A stretch of 64,000 nucleotides of DNA from a virus (taxonomy: Duplodnaviria; Caudoviricetes). Location of the stretch: IMG/VR virus record IMGVR_UViG_3300033122_000343; one strand, given 5' to 3'. The translations under genes were made by a program, and so were the position numbers. The notes beneath the pieces were generated by a model. It was not told the origin of the DNA. It was given only the letters and a program-made list of their open reading frames with translations, and did no database searches. Positions within the stretch are counted from its first letter, which is position 1; each line of letters starts with the position of its first letter. Below are positions 10,229 through 22,754 of the stretch, in pieces.

Positions 10229-10879
10229 CTTATATCTTGAAAATGATAATGGAATCCAAATGTCTCAATACCTTTGTGTTCAGGACATTCAACCTCTTTT
10301 GAGAAACGTGCTGCAATCTCTACAGGAGCAAAAACACATCCTTGCTGTTCAAAGATATGTCTATTATGGACACAAATGTTTCCGTCTTCGTTATATAGGT
10401 TTGCATTCATGTGTTTGTAAAAATTACCTTCGTTTACTTCCCAAGGAACCTCTACAATTTTAGGAACATTTAAAAGCTTCCTGCTGCGTAGCGAGCAACC
10501 TCCATTTCCCACTCGTTGATTCCTACCCCATGGATCAAGGTAGGCAGTTGGGTCATCTCTCCATGGTGCTCCAATATAGTCATACTGTAACCATGTGTCA
10601 TCCCAAAGCCAAGGGCGTATAACATAACCGTCAGGATGAATGAGAAGACTGTGTGTTGTCTCCACATGGTTACAGAGATTATAAATGCAATAGAAATTAA
10701 AATCATTGATCGATTGAATTGGATAGACTTCTTCGTAAGTTGCTTGTTCGCATATACCTTCTGGTTTTCCTTTACTACTTAAAAATTTAACTGCTCCCCA
10801 TTTAATTTGTTCACAACTTTTATTTACTGCATGAACAGCCTCTGGTATATCCAGATCAGCGAGCATCAATAGAGTAACA

Positions 10880-10896
<17 letters not shown>
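10225..10896 (-). CDS. DUF5672-like putative glycosyltransferase
   Basis: HPDGYV, YDYIGAPW, VGNGGCSLRS, FGFH. Confidence 0.75.
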
Positions 10897-13233
<2,337 letters not shown>

Positions 13234-13247
<14 letters not shown>

Positions 13248-14013
13248 AGTTCATAATATAATCACGTTGCTCATTTGTATTTTTCCAATCACCTGGTTTT
13301 AGATAATTACTCAAAGGCATACAATGTACCCTGACATCTGTACTAATTAACATCATGTAATTTAAGTGTTCTGATATCATTAAATCACTACAATAAAAAT
13401 TTTCAACCTTTTCGCTACATAACGCAGCAGAAACTGCAAAAGTTCCTACACCTGAACTTGCAATATTTTTTGCTGACAGTAATGTTCCAAAATCTTCTTC
13501 AACAGATTTAGACTGAACAGTCACTCTAGGATCTTTTTTTAATTCTTCAACAATGGGATTATAATTATCAGGTTCGGTTACAATGTATGATCTCGGATAT
13601 AATTCCAATAATTCTTTATAAAAACATAAAGGATTAGGAACATAATTAGTAGGATTACCAACCCCTTGGTCAAAAATATCTCCAGACCTAATGTGAATAA
13701 CAAGAGTATCGTCAGGAACAGAAATTTTCGGTACTTTGAGATGTGGTGCGACATATTTTTTACATACTCTACGCATGTTTCCATAGATGTAATCGGTGTC
13801 TGTTTCGATTTCCTGATGTTCACCTTCCCAGTAGAACCATTTGCTTTCATATATTGTAGAACTTTTTCCAAACGACGTTTTGTATTTAGAGATAATTTCA
13901 TGATCGATACTCTCAAATGTGTCCTTTCTCGCTTCAGCCACCATGGTGCCCAATGCACATTGTTGTATGTTATTTCCTAATCTTCCATACCAATGAGAAA
14001 TTTTAATTGTCAC
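13234..14013 (-). CDS. GT11-like putative fucosyltransferase
   Basis: GRLGNNIQQ, HIRSGD, GTF. Confidence 0.6.
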
Positions 14014-14884
14014 GTAACCAATCCATAATATTAACAGTTGGAGTCCACCCCAACAGAGACCTAGCCTTGGAATTACATGCTAAAGTTTCTCGGCACTCGC
14101 CAGGTCTCTCCTTAATATATATCTGGTCATCAGATATGATATCTGCGAGTTCTTGTACAGAGTAATTTACCCCTGTACCAATATTAATTATTTCATTTGA
14201 TACATCATTCATACATTTAATATTTGCATCTACAACATCATCAACATGAGTGAAGTCTCTTCTCTGTTTACCGTCGCCAACAATAGTTAAAGACTCACCA
14301 CTTTTTTTTTGTTCTTGAAATAATCCAACCACAGGTGCATATGCTCCTTTGAGTGGTTGTCTATCACCATATACATTAAAGTATCTCAGAGTTATAGTAT
14401 CAAGACCAAATAATTCTGAATACATGCGACATAATTCTTCTCCTGCTACCTTTGAAACAGAGTATGGATTTAAACAATCAGTTGGCATTGTCTCAACCAG
14501 TGGTGGTTCATTTTTTAAACCATATGAAGATGATGTACTTGAGTAAATAACTTTTTTTACACCACATTCCCTTGCTGCTTGCAATACATTAGCAGTCCCT
14601 AAGACATTTACATCAATACATTCCAATGGATTTAGTAAAGCAGGTTGTATTCTAGAGTGAGCAGCAAGATGAAATACATAATCAACTCTTTTCATACAAT
14701 TTTTTAAAACTTTGTATTGCGAAATACTTGCTTTTACATTGTACGCTTTATCATTCCAATAAAATTCTTCATTACAAGTTGAAGATTGATCGTCAATACA
14801 TGTGACAATATGCCCAAGATCTATTAACTTATCAACAAGATGAGAACCTATAAATCCTGCACCGCCTGTAACTAATAATTTCAT
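14003..14884 (-). CDS. NAD-dependent nucleotide-sugar epimerase/dehydratase
   Basis: GGAGFIGSH, YSVSK, LRYFNVYG. Confidence 0.92.
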   Translation of the reverse strand: MKLLVTGGAGFIGSHLVDKLIDLGHIVTCIDDQSSTCNEEFYWNDKAYNVKASISQYKVLKNCMKRVDYVFHLAAHSRIQPALLNPLECIDVNVLGTANVLQAARECGVKKVIYSSTSSSYGLKNEPPLVETMPTDCLNPYSVSKVAGEELCRMYSELFGLDTITLRYFNVYGDRQPLKGAYAPVVGLFQEQKKSGESLTIVGDGKQRRDFTHVDDVVDANIKCMNDVSNEIINIGTGVNYSVQELADIISDDQIYIKERPGECRETLACNSKARSLLGWTPTVNIMDWLRDN

Positions 14885-15915
14885 ATTTGAGATGACACCC
14901 ATTCATATGTTCTTTTTATACCCTCTTCAAGAGTCATTTTATAATCCCACCCTAATTTTTCACGAATAAGATCATTGTTTGAATTACGACCTCTAACGCC
15001 AAGAGGTCCTTCAATATGATTTTTGTTTATTTTCTTACCTGCTACCTTTGCAGTAACATCTACAAGTTGATTTATAGTGACCATTTCTTCCGAACCTATG
15101 TTTATGGGTTCTTGGAAATCTGATTGCATTAATTTAAAAGTGGCATCTACACATTCTTCGACGTGGAGGAATGATCTAGTTTGCTCTCCATCTCCCCAGA
15201 CATCGATGGTTCCATTATCGGGACAGTTCGCCACTTTTCTACAGATTGCTGCGGGAGCTTTTTCTCTCCCACCTTGCCATGTTCCTTGTTCTCCGAAGAT
15301 ATTATGGTAACGAGCAATCCTAATAGGAATATTATGGTTGCGATTATAAGCGAGATATAACCTCTCGCTAAAAAGTTTTTCCCATCCATACTCGGAGTCT
15401 GGGTTAGCAGGGTAAGCGGATTCTTCACGGCAGTCTGGGTTGTTAGGGTCTAATTGATTATGTTCTGGATACATACAGGCAGAACTGCTGTAGAATATCT
15501 TAGTTTTATTTACCTTATATTTTTGATTATAATCATGCTGACATTTTAAAACGTTGACATTAATAGATACAGAATTATGCATTAAATCTGCATCATTTTC
15601 TCCTGTAAATACAAATCCTGCACCACCCATATCAGCAGCAAACTGGTATATTTCATCAAAAGGTTCAATCATTTTATAAGGTATTTCATTATAATAATTA
15701 CCTTGCCAACCTTTAAATTCTAAAACCTTTTTAACTCTTGTTATGTCTGTTAAATTTTCTATAACGAATTCATCTGCTTTTGATTTAGAAAATTCTGGCA
15801 TTTTTAAATCAGCACCTCTGACCCAATAACCTTTCTCTTTGAGTTTTGTTACCATGCGATTTCCTATGAAACCACCCGCACCTAAAACAAGTGCTTTTTT
15901 TTCAGGATAATTCAT
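14881..15915 (-). CDS. GDP-mannose 3,5-epimerase-like SDR
   Basis: GAGGFIG, AADMGGAGF, SSACMYP, YGWEK, GGREKAPAA. Confidence 0.85.
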   Translation of the reverse strand: MNYPEKKALVLGAGGFIGNRMVTKLKEKGYWVRGADLKMPEFSKSKADEFVIENLTDITRVKKVLEFKGWQGNYYNEIPYKMIEPFDEIYQFAADMGGAGFVFTGENDADLMHNSVSINVNVLKCQHDYNQKYKVNKTKIFYSSSACMYPEHNQLDPNNPDCREESAYPANPDSEYGWEKLFSERLYLAYNRNHNIPIRIARYHNIFGEQGTWQGGREKAPAAICRKVANCPDNGTIDVWGDGEQTRSFLHVEECVDATFKLMQSDFQEPINIGSEEMVTINQLVDVTAKVAGKKINKNHIEGPLGVRGRNSNNDLIREKLGWDYKMTLEEGIKRTYEWVSSQI

Positions 15916-17209
15916 TTTTGATGTACTCCTCAATAATGTCGTAAATGTAATCAAGCATTGGAACTGTAATTACTGGCGATGTCCCTATGAAAAAAACATC
16001 ATCCAAAACTCTAGAAGCGTTTGGATAATTATCTGGATTACCCAAACCTTTATATGCAGGATGTCTTAAAATATTTCCTGCAAAATAATTTCTGGTTTGG
16101 ACTCCTTTACTTTCCAAATACTCTACCAATTTATGCTTGTTACCTTCATAAATTATAGGACAACCGAACCATGATGTCTCGGCATGTTCATGTTCTTGAA
16201 CAACCCTACAACCAGGTATTTTTGAAAAGATCTGACTCATGGCATCATAATTCATTCTACGAACATGATGGATCTCAGTTTGTTTCTTAAGTTGTATTGA
16301 ACCTATTGCTCCCTGTAAATCGGCAGGTTTTAAATTATATCCTTGAACACCAAAAACATATTTGTGATCTACATCCTTATCATACCCCTCCAACCATCTA
16401 TCAAATCTCTGACCACATACACCATTAGGTAATTTGTTCTGTGCTCCTACACAATAACAACCTCTTCCCCACCATGCATAGGATCTAGCGAGTTGAACCA
16501 CCTCTTCGATATCAGAAGAGACCATACCTCCCTCAATAGTTGTGATGTGATGTGCTGGATAAAAAGAACATGAAGCAGCGACTGCATTCTTTGTAAGATA
16601 ACTACCTTTCCATTTACTTCCTAATGAATCACAATTATCTGCTATGTATTCTAAGTTATTTGAATCAATAATATCTTGAAATTTATCAAAGTCATAAGGG
16701 TTGCCTAAGACAGGTGAGGAAAATACTGCAACTGTTTTTTTAGTAATTTTATTTTCTAATTCATCGAGATTCCAATTTAAATCATTCCAATCCACATCAA
16801 CAAAAACTGGTTTCAATCCATTTTGAATGATCGGGTTTATTGTTGTAGGAAATCCACAAGCACATACTATAATCTCATCATTATCTGCCCATCCAAAATA
16901 TTTTTTTAGTGCAGCAATCATCACAAGGTTTGCAGATGATCCACTATTAACCATCACGGAGTGTTTAAAATCAAATCTTTTTGAAAACTCTCTTTCAAAT
17001 TTATTTACCTTCTCACCTGCTGGCAACCATTTACCAGTGAGAAGAGATGATATTGCAGCAGTTGGTTCCTGATCATCCCAATAAGGACCTGCATATAAAA
17101 TCTGATCACCAGGTTTCCAATCTTGATTAGGTAAGTAATCAAAAAGTTCATAACCTGCTTTTTTTAAATTGACAATAAAGGTGCCAATATGATCTTCTAT
17201 GCTATACAT
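15902..17209 (-). CDS. rfbH: RfbH/E1-type NDP-4-keto-6-deoxyhexose 3-dehydratase (DegT family)
   Basis: NSGSSANL, DNCDSLGS, SFYPAHHIT (His at the usual Lys position), WGRGCYC, HKY, GYNLK. Confidence 0.8.
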   Translation of the reverse strand: MYSIEDHIGTFIVNLKKAGYELFDYLPNQDWKPGDQILYAGPYWDDQEPTAAISSLLTGKWLPAGEKVNKFEREFSKRFDFKHSVMVNSGSSANLVMIAALKKYFGWADNDEIIVCACGFPTTINPIIQNGLKPVFVDVDWNDLNWNLDELENKITKKTVAVFSSPVLGNPYDFDKFQDIIDSNNLEYIADNCDSLGSKWKGSYLTKNAVAASCSFYPAHHITTIEGGMVSSDIEEVVQLARSYAWWGRGCYCVGAQNKLPNGVCGQRFDRWLEGYDKDVDHKYVFGVQGYNLKPADLQGAIGSIQLKKQTEIHHVRRMNYDAMSQIFSKIPGCRVVQEHEHAETSWFGCPIIYEGNKHKLVEYLESKGVQTRNYFAGNILRHPAYKGLGNPDNYPNASRVLDDVFFIGTSPVITVPMLDYIYDIIEEYIKNELS

Positions 17210-18012
17210 AAATCTTTCACAATATATTCATTGGATAAATGTTGTTCAAATCCAAGTGATTTAAGTTTTGAAATATCCATCCAAAAGTTTTGAGTTTGAA
17301 CTGCTTTATGAAAATCAGGAGGTTCCATGTTTAGTAATTCACCTCTTGATCTAGAATAATATTTTGCCAATGTCATCAACTCACTGACTGTCGTTGGATT
17401 TCCAGAGCCTATGTTATATATCTCGTTAAAATTACCCTTCTCCATGACTAATTTTATGGCACGACAAACATCTGAAACATGCATTACATCACGAGTATGA
17501 GAACCATTATCATATAATTTTACATTTCTATCTGCTTTAAGTTCATCAATCATCCAACCTATTGCATTTTTCTTTCTTGATTGATTGTGATCAGCAGGTC
17601 CTAATACATTACATAATCTTAGAATTCTATACTTCATACCATAAGTATTAGCAAATGATTTAATTAAATTTTCTGCACATAATTTTGTTATCGAATAAAA
17701 CCCAGTCGGATTGCAAACTGAATCCTCATTAGCAGGTAAACTACCCTGACCATATACAAACCATGAAGATACAAAATTAAAAGTTATATCTTTCGACCTA
17801 CAAAAATCAAGAACCTCACATAAAACCTTTAAATTAGTTTCAACATCAAGAGTTATATTATCATGCACATTGTAATTATCTGTAGTTGATATCATGTATA
17901 GGATATCATTGTTTCTTGGAACTCTTTCATTTCTAGATTGTACTTCAACTTGTGAATCATACATCTCTTTGAACTTGCGTCCAATAAAACCACAACCATA
18001 AAGTGAAATCAT
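17197..18012 (-). CDS. NAD-dependent epimerase/reductase
   Basis: GCGFIG, YSITK, LRLCNVLG. Confidence 0.85.
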   Translation of the reverse strand: MISLYGCGFIGRKFKEMYDSQVEVQSRNERVPRNNDILYMISTTDNYNVHDNITLDVETNLKVLCEVLDFCRSKDITFNFVSSWFVYGQGSLPANEDSVCNPTGFYSITKLCAENLIKSFANTYGMKYRILRLCNVLGPADHNQSRKKNAIGWMIDELKADRNVKLYDNGSHTRDVMHVSDVCRAIKLVMEKGNFNEIYNIGSGNPTTVSELMTLAKYYSRSRGELLNMEPPDFHKAVQTQNFWMDISKLKSLGFEQHLSNEYIVKDLCIA

Positions 18013-18182
18013 AACTTATCTGTTTTTAAATTAAAAGTTTTGTTTAAATCCATCGTCTTATTCCTTATTATAACTTGATTATTTTCATAGTCAGCAACAA
18101 ATTCAAGTATATCTTCGTTCCCCCAACACAACTCTTCATACATTGAATTGAGTTTAGACATGTCAGACCATAGATCACTCAT
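18009..18182 (-). CDS. Hypothetical protein (57 aa)
   Basis: Manual translation MSDLWSDMSKLNSMYEELCWGNEDILEF...; fills the gap and overlaps the next gene by ATGA. Confidence 0.75.
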   Translation of the reverse strand: MSDLWSDMSKLNSMYEELCWGNEDILEFVADYENNQVIIRNKTMDLNKTFNLKTDKL

Positions 18183-19124
18183 TTAACCTCCAAATCTATC
18201 AAGATACCAAGTAATAGTTGCTCTGAGACCAGTTTCAAAATCAGTAAATGGTTTCCAACCTGTGTATTTTGTAATCTTACTATGATTCATTCCATAGCGT
18301 TTGTCAATACCAGGTCTTCCTTCGTTAATACCAATTAATGTGAGTGGTTTATTAAGCATTTTTAATATCATTTTAGTCACATCTATATTTCTCATCTCAC
18401 ATGATCCACCAATATTAAAATGATCATTAATTATATCCATAATTTCTAAATCCCATATGGCAGCACAATGATCATAAACATATAACCAATCTCTTATTTG
18501 ATTACCACCACCATGCATGTATGTGATTTTATCATTTAAAGCATTCTTTACGACAAGCGGTATTAATTTTTCTGGATGCTGATGTGCTCCATAATTATTA
18601 GAACAATTTGTTATTAAATAAGGAATACCATATGTATTATGCCATGATTTAACCATGAAATCACTGGCAGCTTTTGTTGCTGAATATGGATTACGAGGAT
18701 CATATGGTGTGGTTTCTTTGAAAAGTTCAGTGTCTTCATATTCAAGTGATCCATATACTTCATCAGTTGAAATATGATGAAACTTTTCCACATCCTTTTT
18801 AACACTAGAATTTAATAAATTAATTGTTCCTATAACATTAGATTCTAAAAAAGGTCTGTAGTTTTTAATAGATCTATCAACATGACTTTCAGCAGCAAAA
18901 TGAAATACCCTTGTTATATTATTTCTTTCAAATATATGTTGCACATGCTGTTCGTTGGAAATATCACACCATTCAAATTTAAATTGATTTGTTTTAGGTA
19001 TGTAAGATTCATTTGCAGCGTAAGTTAAATTGTCAATAACAAGAACTTCTTCATCAGTATACCTCTTAATATAATGAAGAAAATTACTGCCTATAAATCC
19101 TGCACCACCAGTGACTAATAACAT
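18183..19124 (-). CDS. rfbB: dTDP-glucose 4,6-dehydratase
   Basis: GGAGFIGSNF, FAAESHVDRS, ISTDEVYG, YSATK, CSNNYG. Confidence 0.93.
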   Translation of the reverse strand: MLLVTGGAGFIGSNFLHYIKRYTDEEVLVIDNLTYAANESYIPKTNQFKFEWCDISNEQHVQHIFERNNITRVFHFAAESHVDRSIKNYRPFLESNVIGTINLLNSSVKKDVEKFHHISTDEVYGSLEYEDTELFKETTPYDPRNPYSATKAASDFMVKSWHNTYGIPYLITNCSNNYGAHQHPEKLIPLVVKNALNDKITYMHGGGNQIRDWLYVYDHCAAIWDLEIMDIINDHFNIGGSCEMRNIDVTKMILKMLNKPLTLIGINEGRPGIDKRYGMNHSKITKYTGWKPFTDFETGLRATITWYLDRFGG

Positions 19125-19486
19125 TAATTTAAAAAATAATATTTTTCACATTCACGACCATAATCGTCTTCAAGTCTAATAATATCGTCTTCATTACATT
19201 CACCAATCTGTGTTTCTATAAATGTAATTCCATTTTTACCACCCGTCAACCTGTGTTTTGATTCACGAGGAATATAAAATTGTTTATCAACACCGATTGT
19301 TTCTTCGTAATTATTAACTAAAGCAACTCCATCACCCTGAATGACAACCCAATGCTCTGAACGATGGTTATGGTACTGTAATGAAAACCTTTGATTTGGT
19401 TTTACATATATTTTTTTAACACAATAATTATTTTCCTTAACTAAAATCTCAAACCATCCCCACGGACGATCATAATGACGATCCAT
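19124..19486 (-). CDS. Cupin, mannose-6-phosphate isomerase type II domain
   Basis: RPWG, SLQYHNHRSEHW, DIIRLEDDYGR. Confidence 0.9.
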   Translation of the reverse strand: MDRHYDRPWGWFEILVKENNYCVKKIYVKPNQRFSLQYHNHRSEHWVVIQGDGVALVNNYEETIGVDKQFYIPRESKHRLTGGKNGITFIETQIGECNEDDIIRLEDDYGRECEKYYFLN

Positions 19487-19539
19487 AATTTATCACATAT
19501 CTCCTCTATATATCTTACTTTAAAAACTCTTCTTTACAA

Positions 19540-19908
19540 CTAACTAAATTCAGAAAATAATTTAAATTTACCATCAACGTCAAACATTCCTTCTTTGCTT
19601 TTATCAACTGGTATATCTGACCAACAACTGCACATAGTAATTTTTGTTTTTAAATTTTTTAAAAAGGCATTATTTACAACTTTACTCATAACATATTTTA
19701 TTGCATTTGAAACACTGTCAACACATGCTTCAGCAGATGTTCCAATGCCTGTATATACATAATATTCATTTAATTCTTCATGTTCATCCAGACCCTTTAT
19801 TTTTGATCCTATGCTCCATCTATATGCATAAAAATAAACTGATGGTTTTGATTCATCACTCACTATTCGAGTATCTTCATACTCATCTGTTAAATCTAAT
19901 ATATTCAA
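19540..19908 (-). CDS. Hypothetical protein, paralog of 19905..20174
   Basis: Shares EYxxYTG(I/V)GT and DxxGxFKxFS. Confidence 0.7.
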   Translation of the reverse strand: MNILDLTDEYEDTRIVSDESKPSVYFYAYRWSIGSKIKGLDEHEELNEYYVYTGIGTSAEACVDSVSNAIKYVMSKVVNNAFLKNLKTKITMCSCWSDIPVDKSKEGMFDVDGKFKLFSEFS

Positions 19909-20174
19909 ATGTCAGAAAATACTTTAAAATTACCACTGTAGTCAATATATCCTGTTGTGCTTATTCCAATTGCTGTTGCACTTGATATTGCGACTTGGCA
20001 TGATGCCTCATCTGTACCAACACCAGTATAGATTAAATACTCTCCCTTCACTTTGCTTCGCATTTCAAGGCTCCACCCATAACGAGTGCTAAGAGACCAA
20101 TCATCATTATCAGGATCGGCATAAACTGAGTAAGCAAATATTTCGCTTGAAATTTTTCTACCTAAAGTATGCAC
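19905..20174 (-). CDS. Hypothetical protein
   Basis: GTG start; late-promoter motif at 20199-20205; paralog of its neighbour. Confidence 0.65.
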   Translation of the reverse strand: MHTLGRKISSEIFAYSVYADPDNDDWSLSTRYGWSLEMRSKVKGEYLIYTGVGTDEASCQVAISSATAIGISTTGYIDYSGNFKVFSDI

Positions 20175-20198
20175 TGTTTTTTTAAGATAAGTTGTAAT

Positions 20199-20246
20199 TA
20201 TTTATCATATGTATCATTTAACTGTTAAAAAATAAAAACCTAAATA
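20199..20246. promoter_or_regulatory. Divergent pair of T4-type late promoters
   Basis: ATAAATA on minus (20205-20199) and TAAATA on plus (20241-20246). Confidence 0.55.
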
Positions 20247-20272
20247 AAGCTGAGTAAAAAAGAATTCTACCA

Positions 20273-20776
20273 ATGAAAAAAATATTACTTGCTTCTTTGT
20301 TTATGTTTTCTTTTGTCCCTAGTGCTAAAGCAGACATCACCCACAAACTTAGTTCAAGCGTACAATTAACAGTAAATGCTGCTGCAACTCAAGTTGAGCG
20401 TATCGGATCATCTTACTCCGTAGTAGGGAATGGTCTTGATAGCACATATGGTACTGGTGACAGTGCTGTAACAAATGGTATCGGTGGAATGACATTCACT
20501 TCTGGTGTTGGTACTCCAACCTCAACTACATTCACACAGGATGTACCAGGTGCAAGTTTTTCACTAACTCAAACTCATGTTCAAGGTGATGCGGTATCAC
20601 AATCTGCACCAACTGTTGGTCAGGTAGGTAATTTCTCAGACCAAGTATCAACAGCATCAGGAACAGCAGGTGATCTTGCAGGTACAATCACATCAAGCGG
20701 TGCGGTGACAGTAACTGCTGGTGGTGCAGGTACAGTCGGTACAGGTCAATTTGTGACTGAACTTACTATAAATTAG
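20273..20776 (+). CDS. Exported G/S/T-rich beta protein
   Basis: Sec-type signal MKKILLASLFMFSFVPSAKA. Confidence 0.85.
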   Translation: MKKILLASLFMFSFVPSAKADITHKLSSSVQLTVNAAATQVERIGSSYSVVGNGLDSTYGTGDSAVTNGIGGMTFTSGVGTPTSTTFTQDVPGASFSLTQTHVQGDAVSQSAPTVGQVGNFSDQVSTASGTAGDLAGTITSSGAVTVTAGGAGTVGTGQFVTELTIN

Positions 20777-20790
20777 TAGGTTATTATACG

Positions 20791-21219
20791 ATGAAGAGGG
20801 TTTTTATATTATTACTTTGTCTTCCTTCGTCAGTTATGGCAGTCCCCGTGGTGCCCAATTTTACACAGGGTTCCATGACCAGCCACACGGAAACGACTTC
20901 GACGGTGACAGAGACCATAAATTCTATGGACTATTCCACAGGTTGGACATACTCGGTAACGGGTACAAATGTTCAACATGATGGAACATCCATATCCCCT
21001 GATGCTACATCAAATCAAAGTAATGTATTAAATGGAGTGACTTCGACATGGACAGGTTTAGATACCAGTCAAAAACCAAACTGGAACATAGTAGAAAGTG
21101 GTGCAGCGTTTCAATTCACAGAGCACTACAATGGCCCAGGACTTCAGACTCAGACAATAATTCAAAGAGAAACCACCGTAACAAGCATAACAGATACAAC
21201 TTCAATCTTCAGTCAATAG
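20791..21219 (+). CDS. Exported Thr-rich beta protein
   Basis: Signal MKRVFILLLCLPSSVMA; motifs shared with the preceding gene. Confidence 0.85.
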   Translation: MKRVFILLLCLPSSVMAVPVVPNFTQGSMTSHTETTSTVTETINSMDYSTGWTYSVTGTNVQHDGTSISPDATSNQSNVLNGVTSTWTGLDTSQKPNWNIVESGAAFQFTEHYNGPGLQTQTIIQRETTVTSITDTTSIFSQ

Positions 21220-21911
21220 GGTCATCAGTTCTATCTGCTATTAGTCTTCTTACTATAACTACCCCAGTCTTAGCAAACACAGACGTTGGGGGAGTTTCTG
21301 CTACCGCTAATCCAGTCGCCAACTCTTCAGGCTCAGTAACCAATCAGGCAATACAAGTTTTACAAGGACCGTATATAACTAATACTTATGGTAATGGCAT
21401 ACAATGTCAGGGTGCCACCGCCAATATTACACCCTATGTCACTAGAACAGGATCATGGTCTGACCCATACGAATCAATTTTCCAAGATCCCGTGTACGAC
21501 TTGAGCACTGATGCAGATGGAAATTTAATTAATCCAGGTGGTGTATTATATTATGTTCCTACAAGAACAGGACAAAAATCAAATCAGAATATAAATTTAG
21601 GATTCAGTGCAACTATTAGCATTCCTTTAGATAAAGAATTACAAAAACAATGTAAAGAAGCAGCTGCAGCAAATATAAAACTTATGCAACAGACTCATGC
21701 TAATAAGAGACTCGACTTTGAGATAGCCAGGTTGAAAAATTGTGGTCAGTTAAAAAAAGAGGGTATAGTATTCCATCCTAAGTCACCTTATTACAGCGTA
21801 TGTTCTGACGTAGTTCTTGTAAATCCACCTGGTGTTGTTGGAAAACATGTTCATGAAGTTAAATCTACTTCTTCAAAGGAGGTAGACCTCTCGATTGGCG
21901 ATACTGATTAG
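21048..21911 (+). CDS. Putative exported or outer-membrane protein; start uncertain
   Basis: Internal signal-like segment VLSAISLLTITTPVLA, strand NLGFSATISIPLD followed by a long helix, four Cys in the mature part. Confidence 0.75.
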   Translation: MDRFRYQSKTKLEHSRKWCSVSIHRALQWPRTSDSDNNSKRNHRNKHNRYNFNLQSIGSSVLSAISLLTITTPVLANTDVGGVSATANPVANSSGSVTNQAIQVLQGPYITNTYGNGIQCQGATANITPYVTRTGSWSDPYESIFQDPVYDLSTDADGNLINPGGVLYYVPTRTGQKSNQNINLGFSATISIPLDKELQKQCKEAAAANIKLMQQTHANKRLDFEIARLKNCGQLKKEGIVFHPKSPYYSVCSDVVLVNPPGVVGKHVHEVKSTSSKEVDLSIGDTD

Positions 21912-22623
21912 TCTTCTTTTCACTTCTGGAAAACTCACGGTGTGTACCTGTTTTCTTTTGGAGAGTAGCGATAGCTTTTTTTACAGCAGGTTTAATTAAT
22001 CTCAATAAAAATGGTGTTGCTGTAGCTCCTGCTGTTGCAATTATTGCGATTGCTAGTGTCGTGGATGCTTGACCTGTAGAAGGTAAAAATTTTTCAACAG
22101 GTGTAGTAGGTTCGTACAATGTTATACAGATTTTACCATCAATACTAAGTTCATGACCTACAACTTTCTCATCACCTGACTGTGTTATATCACCTACTCT
22201 TAATTGAGCAGGACCAGGACATGGCACTTCTTCTTCAATTTTTGGTATTGCTGGAACTTCAGGCGTATCTATTTCTGGTGTTTCAGGTGGTTTTACGACT
22301 GGTGGAGGAACATCTTGTTGAAATATTAATTTATTAGGTTCATAATCCATCGAATCAAATTTTGGCATTCCTGCATCACATAGTACAACAGTACCATCTT
22401 CGTCGTCTGTAGGTAAATTTTCTCTTTTTAATCTTTCATCTTTATGATACTCAACACAACCAGGTAAATCTACTACAGGTGATCCTATATTAACAGTAAC
22501 AGGAGGAACATTTAAAAATGTAGGTCTTGGTTCAAAAAAATTATATTCAGGTATTCGGGGAACATTAACATTATCAATATTTGCATCCCTTATATCGTTT
22601 AATATTATATTAATATCTGGCAT
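21865..22623 (-). CDS. Pro-rich protein with C-terminal membrane anchor
   Basis: PPPVVKPPETPE, four Cys, TLAIAIIATAGATATPFLL followed by a basic tail. Confidence 0.8.
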   Translation of the reverse strand: MPDINIILNDIRDANIDNVNVPRIPEYNFFEPRPTFLNVPPVTVNIGSPVVDLPGCVEYHKDERLKRENLPTDDEDGTVVLCDAGMPKFDSMDYEPNKLIFQQDVPPPVVKPPETPEIDTPEVPAIPKIEEEVPCPGPAQLRVGDITQSGDEKVVGHELSIDGKICITLYEPTTPVEKFLPSTGQASTTLAIAIIATAGATATPFLLRLIKPAVKKAIATLQKKTGTHREFSRSEKKTNQYRQSRGLPPLKK

Positions 22624-22754
22624 TATGTAAATTATTCAATTGATTTATTTAGAATGCCAACTATCATAGTTGAAAATATAATACAGATACGAACTGACGC
22701 TTATTATCAATATTAAACACATCAAATTGACTGAGTGTATTACATCAAGGGTAA

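Noticed and set aside
22658-22672. 15-bp palindrome CAACTATCATAGTTG
   Set aside because: Single AT-rich copy with no second instance or cognate regulator noticed
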